From: Octopus vulgaris | Taxonomy: Eukaryota | DNA: 64,000 nt | Assembly: GCA_951406725.2 (NCBI GenBank) | Contig: OX597831.1 | Span: 44,392,001 to 44,456,000, forward strand | Direction of reading: 5' to 3' | Shown here: positions 1 to 14,228 of the stretch, piece by piece | Layout: the number at the start of each line of letters is the position of its first letter | Position numbering within the stretch: the stretch's first letter is position 1 | Program-made: the position numbers and the translations under genes | The notes under the pieces: generated by a model | Databases searched by the model: none | The model's input: the letters and a program-made list of their open reading frames with translations, nothing else | What the model was told of the DNA's origin: nothing

Positions 1-106
1 TCTATGTCACTCTGAATCTCCCGGAGAACTACATTAGGGCTATGCGTGTCTGTGGAGTGCTCAGCCACTTGCATGGTAATTTCATGAGCAGGTTTTTCCG
101 TTAACC

Positions 107-369
107 CAGTGGTTCCCAAATTTTTTTCAGGCTGCCGCCCCCTTGACATTCAGGCCACATTCCTAGTTCCCCCACCCCAACTAACCATCACAAACAGACC
201 TCTTTCTGACGCAAATTCAAAGCAACTGTATTTCACAAATAAAACAACCTAATCAACCCATTATTTTGTTGTTTTTTACACGAATCGCTCCCCCATTATC
301 ACCCCACTTTTCTTCAACTTTCCACCACCCCCGGGGGTGGGGGCAATACCACCCACTTTGGGAACACGG
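107..369. mobile_element. hAT-type MITE inserted in a SINE tail
   Basis: CAGTGGTTCCCAAA ... TTTGGGAACACGG termini interrupting a SINE sequence seen intact at 3370-3590. Confidence 0.55.
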
Positions 370-409
370 ATCAACTTGAGCACACATCGTCGTAACCGAC
401 GGAGGACCA

Positions 410-2220
410 GTTGTATTATTCTCTTCAGTCTTTGATTATCATAATTCTTCCTTTGAGGAAGGAATTGGTTTCTAACAAACATACAAAACTCCATTCTTAG
501 AATGTACTTAACGAAAACAAGTCACATTTTAAACTTGAGAAAAGTCTTGCATATTTTTACTGCTCCACTTATAGATTGTATTTGTAATGTCCTAGTTTGT
601 TGAGTTCCTTTCCTGAAAATCGAAGCTTATCCAGATTGTTTCGATAAGCATTTACTCACAAAACCAACTGCTCTAATTATTATTGGTATAAATGTGAATT
701 TGTAATCTGGATATCGAAGTTGGACGTTTCGAAGCATTTGTCTATAGTTATCTTCTTCCTCTGATTTTCAACGTGGTATTCACATCAGCAGGACAGCTGA
801 CCACTATGACGGTACATACTTTTTCTTGTCTGTCCCAAACAACAATATCTGGCCTGTTATGTTTACATATGACATATGTTTTGACGGGAATGTTCCACTA
901 GCATTCTTTGTGTTGATATTTGTGTATGTATTCAATAATATTCTTTATATTTATTCCAGGGCAGTCTTTTTTTCCGGATGGCATTGTATGTATACCATTA
1001 TTCAGATTTATTTCAAGATTTCTTACCAATGGAGAAAGAGTGGATTTCTAACCTAGACCCAAGGCTCCTTTATTGGCATTTCAGCATCAACAACAGGGTA
1101 TTTTTGCATGAATGTATGTATATGTTATATGCTTTGTTTCATGAATGCACTCTCATACAAATAGTTGCATGTCGAGTCATGCTCGTATATACTTAAATGA
1201 TAAACTCCTGGAAAGTTTTACAGATTTTTACAATTCCAATGATGGATTGGATCTGTAGTCTTCGAATCAGATTTGTCCTTTCTGGTTTTGAAAACCCTAA
1301 TTTCTCAAGATTGGTATATAGGCGGTGTGTTACATATCCCAATGCCCCAATAATTACAGGTATAAACCTGAACTTGTAATCTGAATGGAGTAGATGTAGA
1401 TTCCTCAATAGTTCAGCGTAGGTATTTTCTTTTTCGCTGATCTTTAGTTTTGTATGTATGTATGTATGTATGTATGTATTATGAATGTATGTACGTATGT
1501 CTGTTTGTATGTATGTATATATGTATTATGCATGTATGTATGTATGTATGTATGTATGTATGTATGTATGTATGTATGTATGTATGTATGTATGTATGTA
1601 TGTATGTCTCCTCTATTTTTTGATTATTATAAATATTCCACTGAGGAGGAAGTCGGTTTCCAACAAAGATACAAGGCACTATCTTTGGGATGTAATTAAC
1701 ACTGACAAATTCACATTTGGAACTTGAGAAAAGTCTTGCATAGTTTTACTGTTTCACTCACAGATTGAACTTGTAATGTACCAATTAGCCGGTCGATTTC
1801 TCTTTCTGAAAATCCCAGTTTATCCAGATTCTCCTTTAAGCATTTACTAACAAAACTTAGTACTCCAATTATTATTGGTATGAATATGAATTCATAGTCT
1901 GGATAAAGAAGCAGGAGGTTTCGAAGCAGTTGTCCATAGATATCCTCTTTTCCTTTGATTTTCAAAGAGATATTTATATCTGCAGGGTATCTAACCTTTA
2001 TGATGGCACATACCTTTGCCCCTCTGTCCCAAACAATAATATCCGGCCTGCTATGCTTACATTTGACAGAAGTTTTGATGGGAATATTCCACTAGTATTC
2101 CTTGGATTGGTGTATCTTTGATTAGCCTAAGATACGAACATTAAGGAAAGATGAGATGATATCTGTGGATTTGTTTAAACCTGTTAGGCAAACATGCTTG
2201 GGTAGCTTTCTACAGAACTT
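410..2220 (-). mobile_element. Three truncated R4/Dong-like (restriction-like endonuclease) non-LTR retrotransposon 3' ends (~410-1025, ~1025-1452, ~1607-2220)
   Basis: Three homologous degenerate C-termini (...PDIIVWD...YGQLLRNL.LLYPDY.F.FIPIIIG.L...CKTFLKF) followed by 3' UTRs; copy 3 ends in a (CATA)n tract. Confidence 0.7.
1453..1606. repeat. (TATG)n microsatellite
   Basis: Direct reading. Confidence 0.95.
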
Positions 2221-2514
2221 GTGAGAGCAGGTGTAGTTGCAACAACAAATCCAAAAGCTGAAAATCTGACAAATAAGATATTTTCCGGAATAACTCGCGG
2301 ATAACTAACATTATTTTGTACTTGATTTTAACTGCAAAACCTAGGGTGCGACTTATACGCGAGACAAAGCTAAATCTATGAAAAGGGGAAAAAATTATAC
2401 CAAGATTTAACCTTAAATTAGCTGCGCGACTTATACACGAATAACTACGGTATTTTTTACTGGTAGCTAGAATGTAATGCGAGTATTAAAGTGCATTTCT
2501 AACACAGCTATTTA

Positions 2515-2729
2515 TTGGGTTGTCCGGAAAGTTCGTGCCGATTTATAGTAGCTTACTTTTCGACTTAACCTCCCAGGCACCTCAATTCTGGGAAGAGGGT
2601 ATTTTCAAGTTAAAGAAAAGATTATGCAACAAAATAGTTCATATTTGGTTGATAAAAAATGTAATGGCGAGTATTTATTGACCTTTTTCTTGCCTTTAAA
2701 AATCGGCACGAACTTTCCGGACGACCCAA
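2515..2729. mobile_element. Mariner-type MITE
   Basis: ~30-bp TIRs TTGGGTTGTCCGGAAAGTTCGTGCCGATTT / AAATCGGCACGAACTTTCCGGACGACCCAA flanked by TA. Confidence 0.85.
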
Positions 2730-3232
2730 TAGATTTCTTCCTTACCAGTTCAGAAGCTTTTAGTGAAGAGTAGAACAAGCTTTCTTTAAAAAGACATGCG
2801 ATATAATTCCAAGAACGATAAAATACTAACATGATGGCAGATTAATCGTTGATGCCGAATGAAAGTCCAAAAATGGTAATATGCTGCAATCCAAGGAAAG
2901 AAAGCTGCTTCTTTAAACAATGCTTTTGCCGAACCAACCTTGTTCTTTTTATGCATATTCTATACCTTCAAATGTTGAATTAATACGAAGCGGTCGGAAT
3001 TTATTGTTTAGGTGATGCATTTCTTCCTATAACACAGCGCTGCTTTCTATTGCGTGCGTCATTTCAATAATATTTTATATATTTTACTGTTTTGGTGGTT
3101 TGATAGAGCAAGGAATATTACAGATGCGTAATAAAACGTACCATTTGTTTTTATTTAAAGAAATTTCACAATAAGCAAATAGAAAATGTGAAGAAACAAC
3201 GTACGCATTAAATGATAGTTGGTAGCGTGTGA

Positions 3233-3590
3233 GGGCGCGTGGCTTAGTGGTTAGGGCATTCGGCTCATGATCGTAAGGTTGTGAGTTCGATTCCCGGCGA
3301 CGCGTTGTGTCCTTGAGCAAGACACTTTATTTCACGTTGCTCCAGTCCACTCAGCTGGCAAAAATGAGTTGTACTTGTATTTCAAAGGGTCAGCCTTGTC
3401 ACATTCTGTGTCACGCTGATTATCCCCGAGAACTACGTTAAGGGTACACGTGTCTTGGAATGCTCAGCCATACATACATACATACATACATACACACATA
3501 CATACACACATACGTTAATTTCACGAGCAAGCTGTTCCGTTGATCGTATCAGCTGGGACCCTCGTCGTCGTAACCGGCGGAGTCTTTAAG
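3233..3590 (+). mobile_element. tRNA-derived SINE (head H2 + tail D); near-identical partial copy at 4118-4408
   Basis: Pol III box A TGGCTTAGTGG and box B GTTCGATTCC; conserved body repeated elsewhere in the window. Confidence 0.8.
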
Positions 3591-3610
3591 AGTTGGTAGC
3601 GCTAAAGAAG

Positions 3611-3927
3611 GAGGCGCAATGGCCCAGTGGTTAAGGCAGCGGACTCGTGCTGACAAAGGATCGCGGTTTCGATTCCCGGACCGGGCGTTGTGTGTATTTA
3701 TTGAGTGAAAACGCCTAAAGTTCCACGACGCTCCGGCAGGAAGTGGTGGCGACCCCTGTGGTACTCGAATTCACCACAACTTTCTCTCACTCTTTCTTCC
3801 TGTTTCTTGAGTAACGCTGCGATGGACTGGCGTCCCGTCCTGCTGGAGAGGAACACATACGCCACAGAAACCGGGAAACCGGGCCCATGAGCCTGGCTAG
3901 GCTTGAAAAGGGCGCATAAATAAATAA
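3611..3927 (+). mobile_element. tRNA-derived SINE (head H1 + tail A); related H1 copies at 10965-11160(+), 11248-11404(-), 13155-13453(-), 15050-15215(+), 15640-15945(-), 16170-16624(-)
   Basis: Box A TGGCCCAGTGG, box B-like GTTTCGATTCC, (TAAA)n tail; multiple homologous copies. Confidence 0.8.
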
Positions 3928-4532
3928 ACCGTAGGGTAAGAGAAAATTTAAATTGATAATGATAATAAACTTTTGTAAATGTAGGCTAAAATGTAACACC
4001 TAAATGGAGGCAAATAGGGGTTGGATCTTACCATAAAATAACTAAATTGACTATACAGGCTACAATAGGATATATTTGTAGCTTCTGTTATAATACTCGT
4101 TTGCGCATCGACTCGTCACATGATCGTAAGGTTGTGAGTTCGATTCCCGGCGACGCGTTGTGTCCTTGAGCAAGACACTTTATTTCACGTTGCTCCAGTC
4201 CACTCAGCTGGCAAAAATGAGTTGTACTTGTATTTCAAAGGGTCAGCCTTGTCACATTCTGTGTCACGCTGATTATCCCCGAGAACTACGTTAAGGGTAC
4301 ACGTGTCTGTGGAATGCTCAGCCATTTGCACGTTAATTTCACGAGCAAGCTGTTCCGTTGATCGTATCAGCTGGGACCCTCGTCGTCGTAACCGGCGGAG
4401 TCTTTAAGAATATAGGCTAAATGAAGACGGTCAACTTGTAGAATCGCTATCGTGCTGGACAAAATACTTAGCGGTATTTTTTCCTACTTTCGGAATCGAT
4501 AAAATAAGTACTAGCTGAGCACTGAAGGTCGA

Positions 4533-4632
4533 NNNNNNNNNNNNNNNNNNNNNNNNNNNNNNNNNNNNNNNNNNNNNNNNNNNNNNNNNNNNNNNNNNNN
4601 NNNNNNNNNNNNNNNNNNNNNNNNNNNNNNNN
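4533..4632. other. Assembly gap (100 N)
   Basis: Run of N. Confidence 0.99.
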
Positions 4633-5359
4633 TCGATGTTGCCGAATTCCCTCCTTTCGAATCTACTGACCTTATGTTAAAATAAGAAAAGATTCTGTTG
4701 TGTCTGGGGAGGGTCATTTTCTTTTTGTGCCTTATAATTTAACTCACTCACAGGTAAAATTTCCACTTATTTCTTATGTTTATAAGGCACAAAAGAGAAA
4801 GGACTCTCCCAGATTTTGAACACAACTGAATATGCTTCAACAAGAGAACTCATATAAAGAATCTTGAGAAAGTAAGGTGTCAGAATCGTTTGCGCATCGA
4901 CTCGTCACATTCGAAATTCAAATTCTGCTTGGATTCAACTTTGTCTTTCAGCTTTCCGTTGTTGATAAAATAATGTACCAGGCAAGTACTAGGGCCGATG
5001 TAACTGCCTTACCCTTGCCCTGAAAATGGCTAGTCTTGTACCAAAAGAATTATTATATGCTAAATTTGGAGATGTACTTCTGACATAGGTAAATTGAACT
5101 GATATGTAAACTGTAAAAGCAGATTCAAATTACGGCCCCAAAATTAGATAAGGTAGACAGACACCGTTCATGAAAAAAGCAAGTTTTTCTTTTCTTTCTT
5201 CTTTTTTTTTTAAAAAAAAAAAAATACAGCCTTCTTTTTTCATTATGATTTTAAAAGTTGACAGAGCAAGTTCTAATAATTCCCTAACCCGCATCAGCCT
5301 AGGATTTACCACAGCCTCCAACAGCTTCATATAGCTGTCTGGATTGAACTTATTTAATA

Positions 5360-5664
5360 CTAGCAGTATCGCCCGGCGTTGCTCGGGTTTGTAAGGGAAA
5401 TAACTATATAAGCATTTTTAGAGAGTTACTTCCCTTATATAAACCGAGCAAAAAATGTATTAAAAATGGGAAAAAATTATGGTAATTTTTTTTTAAAATC
5501 GTAGACTCATCGTAGACGCGCGCTAATACCCAGAAGGGCTCGATATATATCACGACTATAAGATACCTGCTTTTGGTTAAACTGCACCGCAAAATGTGGG
5601 AGTAGTTAGGAATCTAAATCGGAGGAGACAGATTCTCACACAACTTCATTTTTATATATAAAGA
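5360..5664 (-). mobile_element. Non-autonomous Helitron
   Basis: 5' TC, 3' hairpin CCCGAGCAACGCCGGG + CTAG, inserted between A and T; homologous to 58306-59326. Confidence 0.85.
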
Positions 5665-5970
5665 TTATGGGAACGAATTTCTGCGTACGGACGCTGTCAG
5701 GATGTCACAGCTTCGTAGTCTCCGTCGCAGCTGTCCGTCTCATGTATTACAGTGTTTTCAGTGTTCACAAAGTTTTGAGCAGCAGTCATAATGTCGGCAT
5801 TTTGATACCCGGCGCAAATCATCGTGATACGGGTAACACTTTCCCAATATTCAGATGACTTCCAGTCCTCCATGTCAGCTACGTTTTTCTCAACTACAAC
5901 TTTTAATCTTTATGCTCTCTAACGCTGTTGACTATTCACCAATGCATTGAGCTGTTCCTAAAAAAACAAA

Positions 5971-6365
5971 AGGAGTGGCTGTGTGGTAAGTAGCTTGTTT
6001 ACCAACCACATGGTTCCGGGTTCAGTCCCACTGCGTGGCACCTTGCGCGAGTGTCTTCAACTATAGCCTCGGGCCGACCAAAGCCTTGTGAGTGGATTTG
6101 GTAGACGGAAACTGAAAGAAGCCCGTCGTATATATGTATATATATGTATATGTATGTGTGTGTTTGTGTGTCTGTGTTTGTCCCCCTAGCATTGCTTGAC
6201 AACCGATGCTGGTGTGTTTATGTCCCCGTTACTTAGCGGTTCGGCAAAAGAGACCGATAGAATAAGTACTGGGCTTACAAAGAATATGTCCCGGGGTCGT
6301 TTGCTCGACTAAAGGCGGTGCTCCAGCATGGCCGCAGTCAAATGACTGAAACAAGTAAAGAGAGA
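5971..6365 (+). mobile_element. Abundant ~400-bp tRNA-derived SINE (family A) with internal (TA/TG)n
   Basis: Head AGGAGTGGCTGTGTGGTAAG...GGTTCAGTCCC, central CACCTTGGGCAAG domain, tail ...AAATGACTGAAACAAGTAAAAGAG; >12 copies in the window. Confidence 0.85.
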
Positions 6366-6413
6366 CAAAAAATCGTCAAATTTAGCCCGAACACCCTTTA
6401 TAAATATATGTAT

Positions 6414-6800
6414 TCTTTTTTACTTGTTTCAGTCATTTGACTGTGGCCATGCTAGAGCACCGCCTTTAGTTAAGCACATCGATTCCAGGACTTATTCTTT
6501 GTAAGCCTAGTACTTATTCTATCGGTCACTTTTTTGCCGAACCGCTAAGTTACGGGGACGTAAACACACCACCATCGGTTGTTAGGCGATGTTGGGGGTA
6601 CAAACACAAACGCACAAACATATACACACACATATACATATATGCGACGAGCTTCTTTCAGTTTCCGTCTACCAAATCCACTCACAAGGCTTTGGTCGGC
6701 TCGAGGTTATAGTAGAAGACACTTGCCCAAGATGCCACGCAGTGGGACTGAACCCGGAACCATGTGGTTGGTAAGCAAGCTACTTACCACACAGCCACTC
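6414..6800 (-). mobile_element. Family A SINE
   Basis: Full-length reverse copy, tail-to-tail with 5971-6365. Confidence 0.85.
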
Positions 6801-6811
6801 GTGTGCGCATG

Positions 6812-7088
6812 TACACACACACACACACACACACACATACATACATACATACATACATACATACATACATACATACATACATACATACATACATACATAC
6901 ATACATACATGCATGCATACATGCATACATACATACATACACACATACATACATACATACATACATACATACACACATACACACACACATACATACATAC
7001 ATACATACATACATACACACACACACATACATACATACATACATACATACATACATACATACATACATACATACATACATACATACAT
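6812..7088. repeat. (CA)n/(CATA)n microsatellite
   Basis: Direct reading. Confidence 0.95.
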
Positions 7089-7169
7089 CATAGAGGAAAG
7101 AGGACGAGCCTACTTGAATATAAAATTCTTAAACAACCTTCTTCTTCAGGTATTCTTTGTTTAAGTAAC

Positions 7170-7751
7170 GGCCCCTCAAACAACTCATGTCTTTCAAAAT
7201 CAACAGTTCACTGTGCAGAAATATTTACAGCGGATAATCCAGTGTTCAAAGATTATACAGAGTCAACCGAAAATAAATTTAGAGATCAATTTAATCAACA
7301 CTTGCATTCTTCCAAAAATCCGAGGTAAAAAATGTGAACGCTAGTTTATCATTTACGTATGATCTTCGAAAAATAATATTGTTAAAGAACTATAAAATTG
7401 TCTGGAAACATTACAATATACCTAAACTTATAAACAAGGTAACAACGTTTGTATCCTTGGCAACTTGAAGAAAATTAATATGTTGTTTCATAAAGCTTCA
7501 GTCTAGAACAAACAAACGTTCGGGATTGATATCTTTTTATATTCAGAAATCAAAATATTTGTTGAAATATTTTTACCTAAAAGCTGAAAACAGCGAAGTT
7601 GCGTGGTTTATTCATCCAAGTTCTTGAAATCGAAATATTTTCTTCACAAGACAAAATATTTGTTGAAATATTTTTACCTAAAAGCTGAAAACAGCGCAGT
7701 TGCATGGTTTATTCATCCAAGTTCTTGAAATCGAAATATTTTCTTCACAAG
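7170..7751 (+). mobile_element. Penelope-like element 3' remnant (GIY-YIG region) followed by a 101-bp tandem repeat (7551-7751)
   Basis: Y..STENKFRDQFNQHLHS.KNP resembles PLE GIY-YIG; a terminal direct repeat is typical of pseudo-LTRs. Confidence 0.55.
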
Positions 7752-8402
7752 TCAAGGTTGTGTAGTTACGAATCTCGCTGTACAACGAGATGGTTTTCAG
7801 GTTCGGTTTCACAGCGCAGCACCTAATCCAGCCTCGGGCGGACCAAAGCTTTGTGAGTGAATTAGGTAAACGAAAACTGTAGAAGCAATCACGCACGTGT
7901 GTGTGTGTGCAATGTAACTACACACATGCTTTTGGTGATTTTTTTTTCTCCATTTCCTTTTTCCTTTCCGATGTAGAGCTTTACTCGAAACGTCGAATGC
8001 TCTCCTTTTTTTGTCTCTAATACAATTAGTTACAAAATTGTAACTAATACAATCCATGTGCACGTCCTCTTGTTTGTTACTGTTATTTTTAATGTTCGTT
8101 TATTGAAAGCAGGTATTATTCAAATTCTTTTACTTTCGACATTATTTTACACCATTTATTCCTTTAAAATAAAACCAATGTTGTCTTCGAAACATATGTC
8201 GAAAGTAAAAGAATTAGAATAATACCTGCGTTCAACTCCATTTATTCACTTATACTAGACAAATTGCTGCACATTAACCTGGAGTTTCTACCTTTGAATA
8301 GGTCGTCGTCACATCCTTGTTACTTGCGTGAATTTTGCTACCCTGGTAACTGTTCATTGAATTTTCCGTGTTAACTGTAAACAAAGGATAATTCATTCAT
8401 CC

Positions 8403-8443
<41 letters not shown>

Positions 8444-8444
<1 letters not shown>

Positions 8445-9560
8445 TAGTAGAGATACCCGGCGTTGCCCGGTTACATTCAATTGAAGAATTAGACTTTTCT
8501 GTTATATATATATTATATATGGATACACACACATATATGTATATTAATATAAATATATGAAAGTACATGATGTTTATTAAAAAAAGGGGATCATGTATAT
8601 ACCTCCTGGCTGTTGAGATTATAGCACCTCGTTGTAAACAATGTTCCTTGTTTTTCCTTGTGGAGCATATACAAAAAGGTTTCTTTTGGTTCCTACTCTT
8701 GAGCAGCCAACATACAGTTGCCCATGCGAGAAGCAGGGCTCTTCCAAGAGAAGACCAGCTACAGAGAGGGTGTGACCCTGAGATTTGTTAATGGACCTCG
8801 TTGTAAACAATGTTCCTTGCAGTCTTCTGAATGTAAATGGAATTTCTGCTCCTGATGGAGTAAGAGGAATTCTTGGAATAAAGACGTCATCACCTTTTCC
8901 ACATCCAGGAAGAATGATCGCCTCGATGACGTGTGACATCATTTTCTTTATCACCAGTCGTGTTCCATTGCAAAGTCTTGGTGGTTCCAGATTGCTGAGT
9001 AGCATTACAGGAGTTCCAACTTTAAGTGCTAATATGTGTGGAGGTAGTCGAGGAGGCTCCAGTGAATTGAGAAATTCAGGAGGAAAGTTCACAACTTCAT
9101 TTATATCTGGAATTGTATCAACAGACTTGTAAGTGTGTATAGTGCCGGGAAGAGAATGCATTAGCTGTTGATTAATTTTAACAGCGACGTTTTTTGAAGC
9201 TAATGTTGCTCTTTCACACAGCCAATTGTGATTTTGGTAGTTTTGTGTGAAGTTGGGAAAGACTTTGTTTTTGAGGTCATCTACAGAATTAACAACAAAG
9301 GAAAATGACCACACTTCCATTTGTCCTGCAACATCGAGAGGCATCTTGCTTTCACCAAGTGTCAAAATGTCCTGTGCAAACTTTGTGGACATTTTGTCGC
9401 CGTGTAGCTGAGCTCTCATGTTAGTGTTGTACATTTTCAACAATGTACTTTGAAAGCGCTTGAGTGTCGTAGGTTGTTTCACGAATGACAGCAGTGGGAA
9501 GGCTATTTGACCCTGACCTGAATGCTTGTGGCAGGCCATACGTCGAAATGAATTATGTCG
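8444..9560 (-). mobile_element. Helitron 3' fragment with PIF1-like helicase C-terminus (ORF 8619-9539)
   Basis: PEFLNSL, LKVGTPVMLL.NL.PPRLCNGTRL, INKSQG.TL, FSHGQLYV.CSRV motifs; 3' hairpin CCGGGCAACGCCGGG then CTAG|T. Confidence 0.92.
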
Positions 9561-9699
9561 TATTTATAAGAAAGCAAACAGTTAAAAGGATGAAGGTATC
9601 AGTGGTGGTATAATGGTGTGGGGTCGTTTGAATTGTCCGTACGCTATGAAGGTTAGAAGTGAAGTGGATGACAATATACTTCACTTGATAAGGTAGCAT

Positions 9700-10453
9700 G
9701 TGGTAAATATTTGTTACCATCTTCCATTGTCCTGTAGTGAGCGGTGGAAGAATGTTATTTTCTCGGACGAGTCATCCTTTACCTTATTTCCGACCACCGG
9801 CCGATTATACGTGTGGAAACAGCCAAAAGAAGCATTTGACCCAGACTGCCTTCTTCCAACTGTTAAACATGGAGGAAGATCTGTGATGATCTGGGAAATC
9901 CGCCGGCCCAATGCTTTCCCTTCATGGCAGAATTAATAGTAAAGACTATTTAAGGATATTGTCTGATCAAATTCATCCTATGGTTGCGGAACTGTTTTCG
10001 GAGGGAAACGCAATCTTTCAGGATGATAATGCACCAATTCACACAGCTAATGTTCTTGCTGAATGGCATGAGGAGCATTTTAGTGAAGTTGAACATCTTA
10101 TCTGGCCACCACAGTCTCCAGATCTCAATATTATTGAACATTTATGATGCATTTTAGAAAAACAAGTTAGTAGTTGATATCCTCCACCATCATTACTAAA
10201 CTGTTTTAGCTGAAGAACAGACAAAAATTCCTTTGGAAAAAATTCAAACTTTGTACGATTCCATACCTCGTAGAATTCAACTGTTTTAGCTGAAGAACAG
10301 ACAAAAATTCCTTTGGAAAAAATTCAAACTTTGTACGAGTCCATACCTCGTAGAATTCAAACTGCAATTACTGCCAAAGACGGTCCTACCCAATATTAAA
10401 ATAAATTTGTTTGAAATTTTAAGGTGTTTCCTATTATTTTGTCCAACCCCTGT
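9700..10453 (+). mobile_element. Tc1 transposase pseudogene, 3' part with TIR
   Basis: WKNVIFSDES, KHGG.SVMIW, FQDDNAPIH, WPPQSPDLNIIE motifs with frameshift and stops; ends TTTTGTCCAACCCCTG. Confidence 0.88.
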
Positions 10454-10885
10454 GTAGGACGTCGCCAACAGTAAACAGTATGAAATACGAAATCAAATGA
10501 GTTGAATACACAAACAACGAAAGAAACAAATTGAAAACAGGACAAGTAGCATAAATAACGACCCTTCATCAATTGTCGGCTGTCTATCTACTCCTCATTT
10601 CGAGCACTGTACGAGTCCATACCTCGTAGAATTCAAACTGCAATTACTGCCAAAGACGGTCCTACCCAATATTAAAATAAATTTGTTTGAAATTTTAAGG
10701 TGTTTCCTATTATTTTGTCCAACCCCTGTGTAGGACGTCGCCAACAGTAAACAGTATGAAATACGAAATCAAATGAGTTGAATACACAAACAACGAAAGA
10801 AACAAATTGAAAACAGGACAAGTAGCATAAATAACGACCCTTCATCAATTGTCGGCTGTCTATCTACTCCTCATTTCGAGCACTG
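10332..10885 (+). repeat. Apparently perfect 276-bp tandem duplication (plus an 80-bp duplication at 10201-10360)
   Basis: 10332-10607 repeated at 10608-10883. Confidence 0.85.
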
Positions 10886-10889
10886 AACG

Positions 10890-10961
<72 letters not shown>

Positions 10962-11164
10962 CTATGTTTATTGAGCAAAAACACCTAAGCTCCACGAGGC
11001 TTCGGCGGATGTGAGGGGTGTTAACCGCGCTGTACTCTTTCACCACAACTTTCTCTCACTCTTTCCTCATACTTCTGCCACAAAGCAGAGGAACCATGGT
11101 GTGACCCACTATGGTGTGGTAAACTTTCAGGCCTAGTCTAGATTGCGAATCCTCTGTACGTATA

Positions 11165-11196
<32 letters not shown>

Positions 11197-11490
11197 GTAC
11201 TTGTTTCAGTCATTTGACTGTGGCCATGCTGGAGCACCGCCTTTAGAGTGGTGAAAGAGTACAGCAGGGATCACCACCTCCTGCCGGAGCCTCGTGGAGC
11301 TTTTAGGTGTTTTTTTTCGCTCAATAAACACACACAACGCCCGGTCTGGGAATCGAAACCGCGATCCTCCGACCGCAAGTCCGCTGCCCTAACCACTAGG
11401 CCATATATATTTAAATTGAGGGAGATAAATTAATATTAATTTTAATATCAATTTAAAACCAGTAGTCCAGCATTCAAAAAATCTGAGGAG

Positions 11491-11522
<32 letters not shown>

Positions 11523-11635
11523 CCTGCTCGCTTAGCCAGCGGGGTGGCGTCATTCGAAGGTTAAAACAATGCGAACGCATTGTGACCAGCGATGTGTAAC
11601 AACATCTGATGGTCTGGTCGGTCACGTGATTACGT

Positions 11636-11670
<35 letters not shown>

Positions 11671-11785
11671 AGTAGTAAATATATGGCACAACGAAGTACC
11701 GATATTTACTGGAAATATGTATGTATACGTATATATATATGTATATACATATACGTATAAAACATAAAAAGTAAAAAGTAAAACC

Positions 11786-11843
<58 letters not shown>

Positions 11844-12050
11844 AAGTAGATAAATGAATTATCTTATTACGGATAATTCAAATGATAACCGATACCTGGG
11901 TAGCAAAAATCACAACAGAAAAAGCACGGTTGAGGTTACGACCATGGGGCCTAAAATCCGTGCCTTACTGCGGAAATTTGAAAAACTTCTTCCTACACTA
12001 AATATATATATATATATATATATACGTACATCATAAATTATGCAAAATTT

Positions 12051-12088
12051 CTGCTACTCGGAGTTTCACGTTCCTGTTCGTCGGGCAG
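12051..12088 (-). ncRNA. Minimal type I hammerhead-like motif with U4C core
   Basis: Reverse strand CTGC-CCGACGA-AC..GT-GAAA-CTCCGAG-TA-GCAG; inverted second copy at 12115-12148. Confidence 0.55.
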
Positions 12089-12330
12089 TTGCGATACATT
12101 CTGTATCACAACACCCCGACGAACGGGGCGTGAAACTCTGACTAGCAGTTTGTGTATGGAGGGGGGTGCGCGCGCGCGCGATGTCTTTGCAGCTTTGATA
12201 AACAAAGAAAGCATATAACTCTACCCTCGGTATTGGACTACTATTTTTTCCACCTTGTTTTGCATTTAAGTGCTTAAAGTCATGTATACATACATACGTA
12301 GTTACGCAAGCATATAAATATATATTGATA

Positions 12331-12665
<335 letters not shown>

Positions 12666-12849
12666 CCGACAGACTGATAATGATTGCCAGAAATCTAGTT
12701 AAACGTCTATCTTAATAGTCGCAATATATATAAATTCTATAATCCACAGCTTCTAATCTGCTGTTTTTATAATGAGTCCGGCACATCTCTGGATTCACTG
12801 CGTAGTCGTTTTACTCTTTCGTATTGCGTGTGTGCGCGAGCTAGCGTGC

Positions 12850-12892
<43 letters not shown>

Positions 12893-13007
12893 TGTGTTTG
12901 TGTAAAGGTAACGTCCAAGGACCAAGGTTTAATCAGTCCGTAGATGATATTAAAAAGACATTCAGGAAGAATAGTGATTTATTGGCGCAGAAGGTTGTGT
13001 ACATTGT

Positions 13008-13057
<50 letters not shown>

Positions 13058-13463
13058 GTGGTGGGGGGGGGGTATTTATGTATGTGTATATATATGTATA
13101 TATATGTGTGTATATATATATATATGTATGTATGTATATATATATATGTATATCACGTGACCGACCAGTCCATCAGATGTAGTTACACATCGCTGGTCAC
13201 AATGCGATCGCATTGTTTTAGCCTTCGAATGACGCCACCCCGCTGGCTAAGCAAGCAGGCCAACAGAAGAAAGAGTGAGAGAAAGTTGTGGCGAAAGAGT
13301 ACAGCAGGGATCGCCACCACCCCCCGCCGGGGCCTCGTGGAGCTTTTAGGTGTTTTCGTTCAATAAACACTCACAACGCTCGGTCTGGGAATCGAAACCG
13401 CGATCCTACGATCGCGAGTCCGCTGCCTTAACCACTGGGCCATTCCGCCTCCACATGTATGTT

Positions 13464-14222
<759 letters not shown>

Positions 14223-14228
14223 TATATA

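Noticed and set aside
3233-3305. tRNA-like sequences with A and B boxes (also 3611, 5971, 54031)
   Set aside because: They continue into repeated SINE bodies and lack a proper acceptor stem; SINE heads rather than tRNA genes
4099-4910. Repeat CGTTTGCGCATCGACTCGTCACAT as a TSD around a composite element
   Set aside because: Spans the N gap and adjoins a near-identical duplicate of the SINE at 3267-3588, so local misassembly is as likely
6579-7328. 249-aa ORF and the many YI/HT/CV-rich ORFs (e.g. 13462-14211, 36175-36636, 38527-39075)
   Set aside because: Read-through of stop-free microsatellites joined to SINE or PLE sequence; not genes
8619-9539. Host PIF1 helicase gene
   Set aside because: Intronless, truncated, with degenerate motifs and followed by a Helitron hairpin + CTAG end
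10201-10885. Regularly spaced direct repeats as a CRISPR-like or functional array
   Set aside because: Simple 80- and 276-bp tandem duplications across a Tc1 end with no unique spacers; may be an assembly artefact
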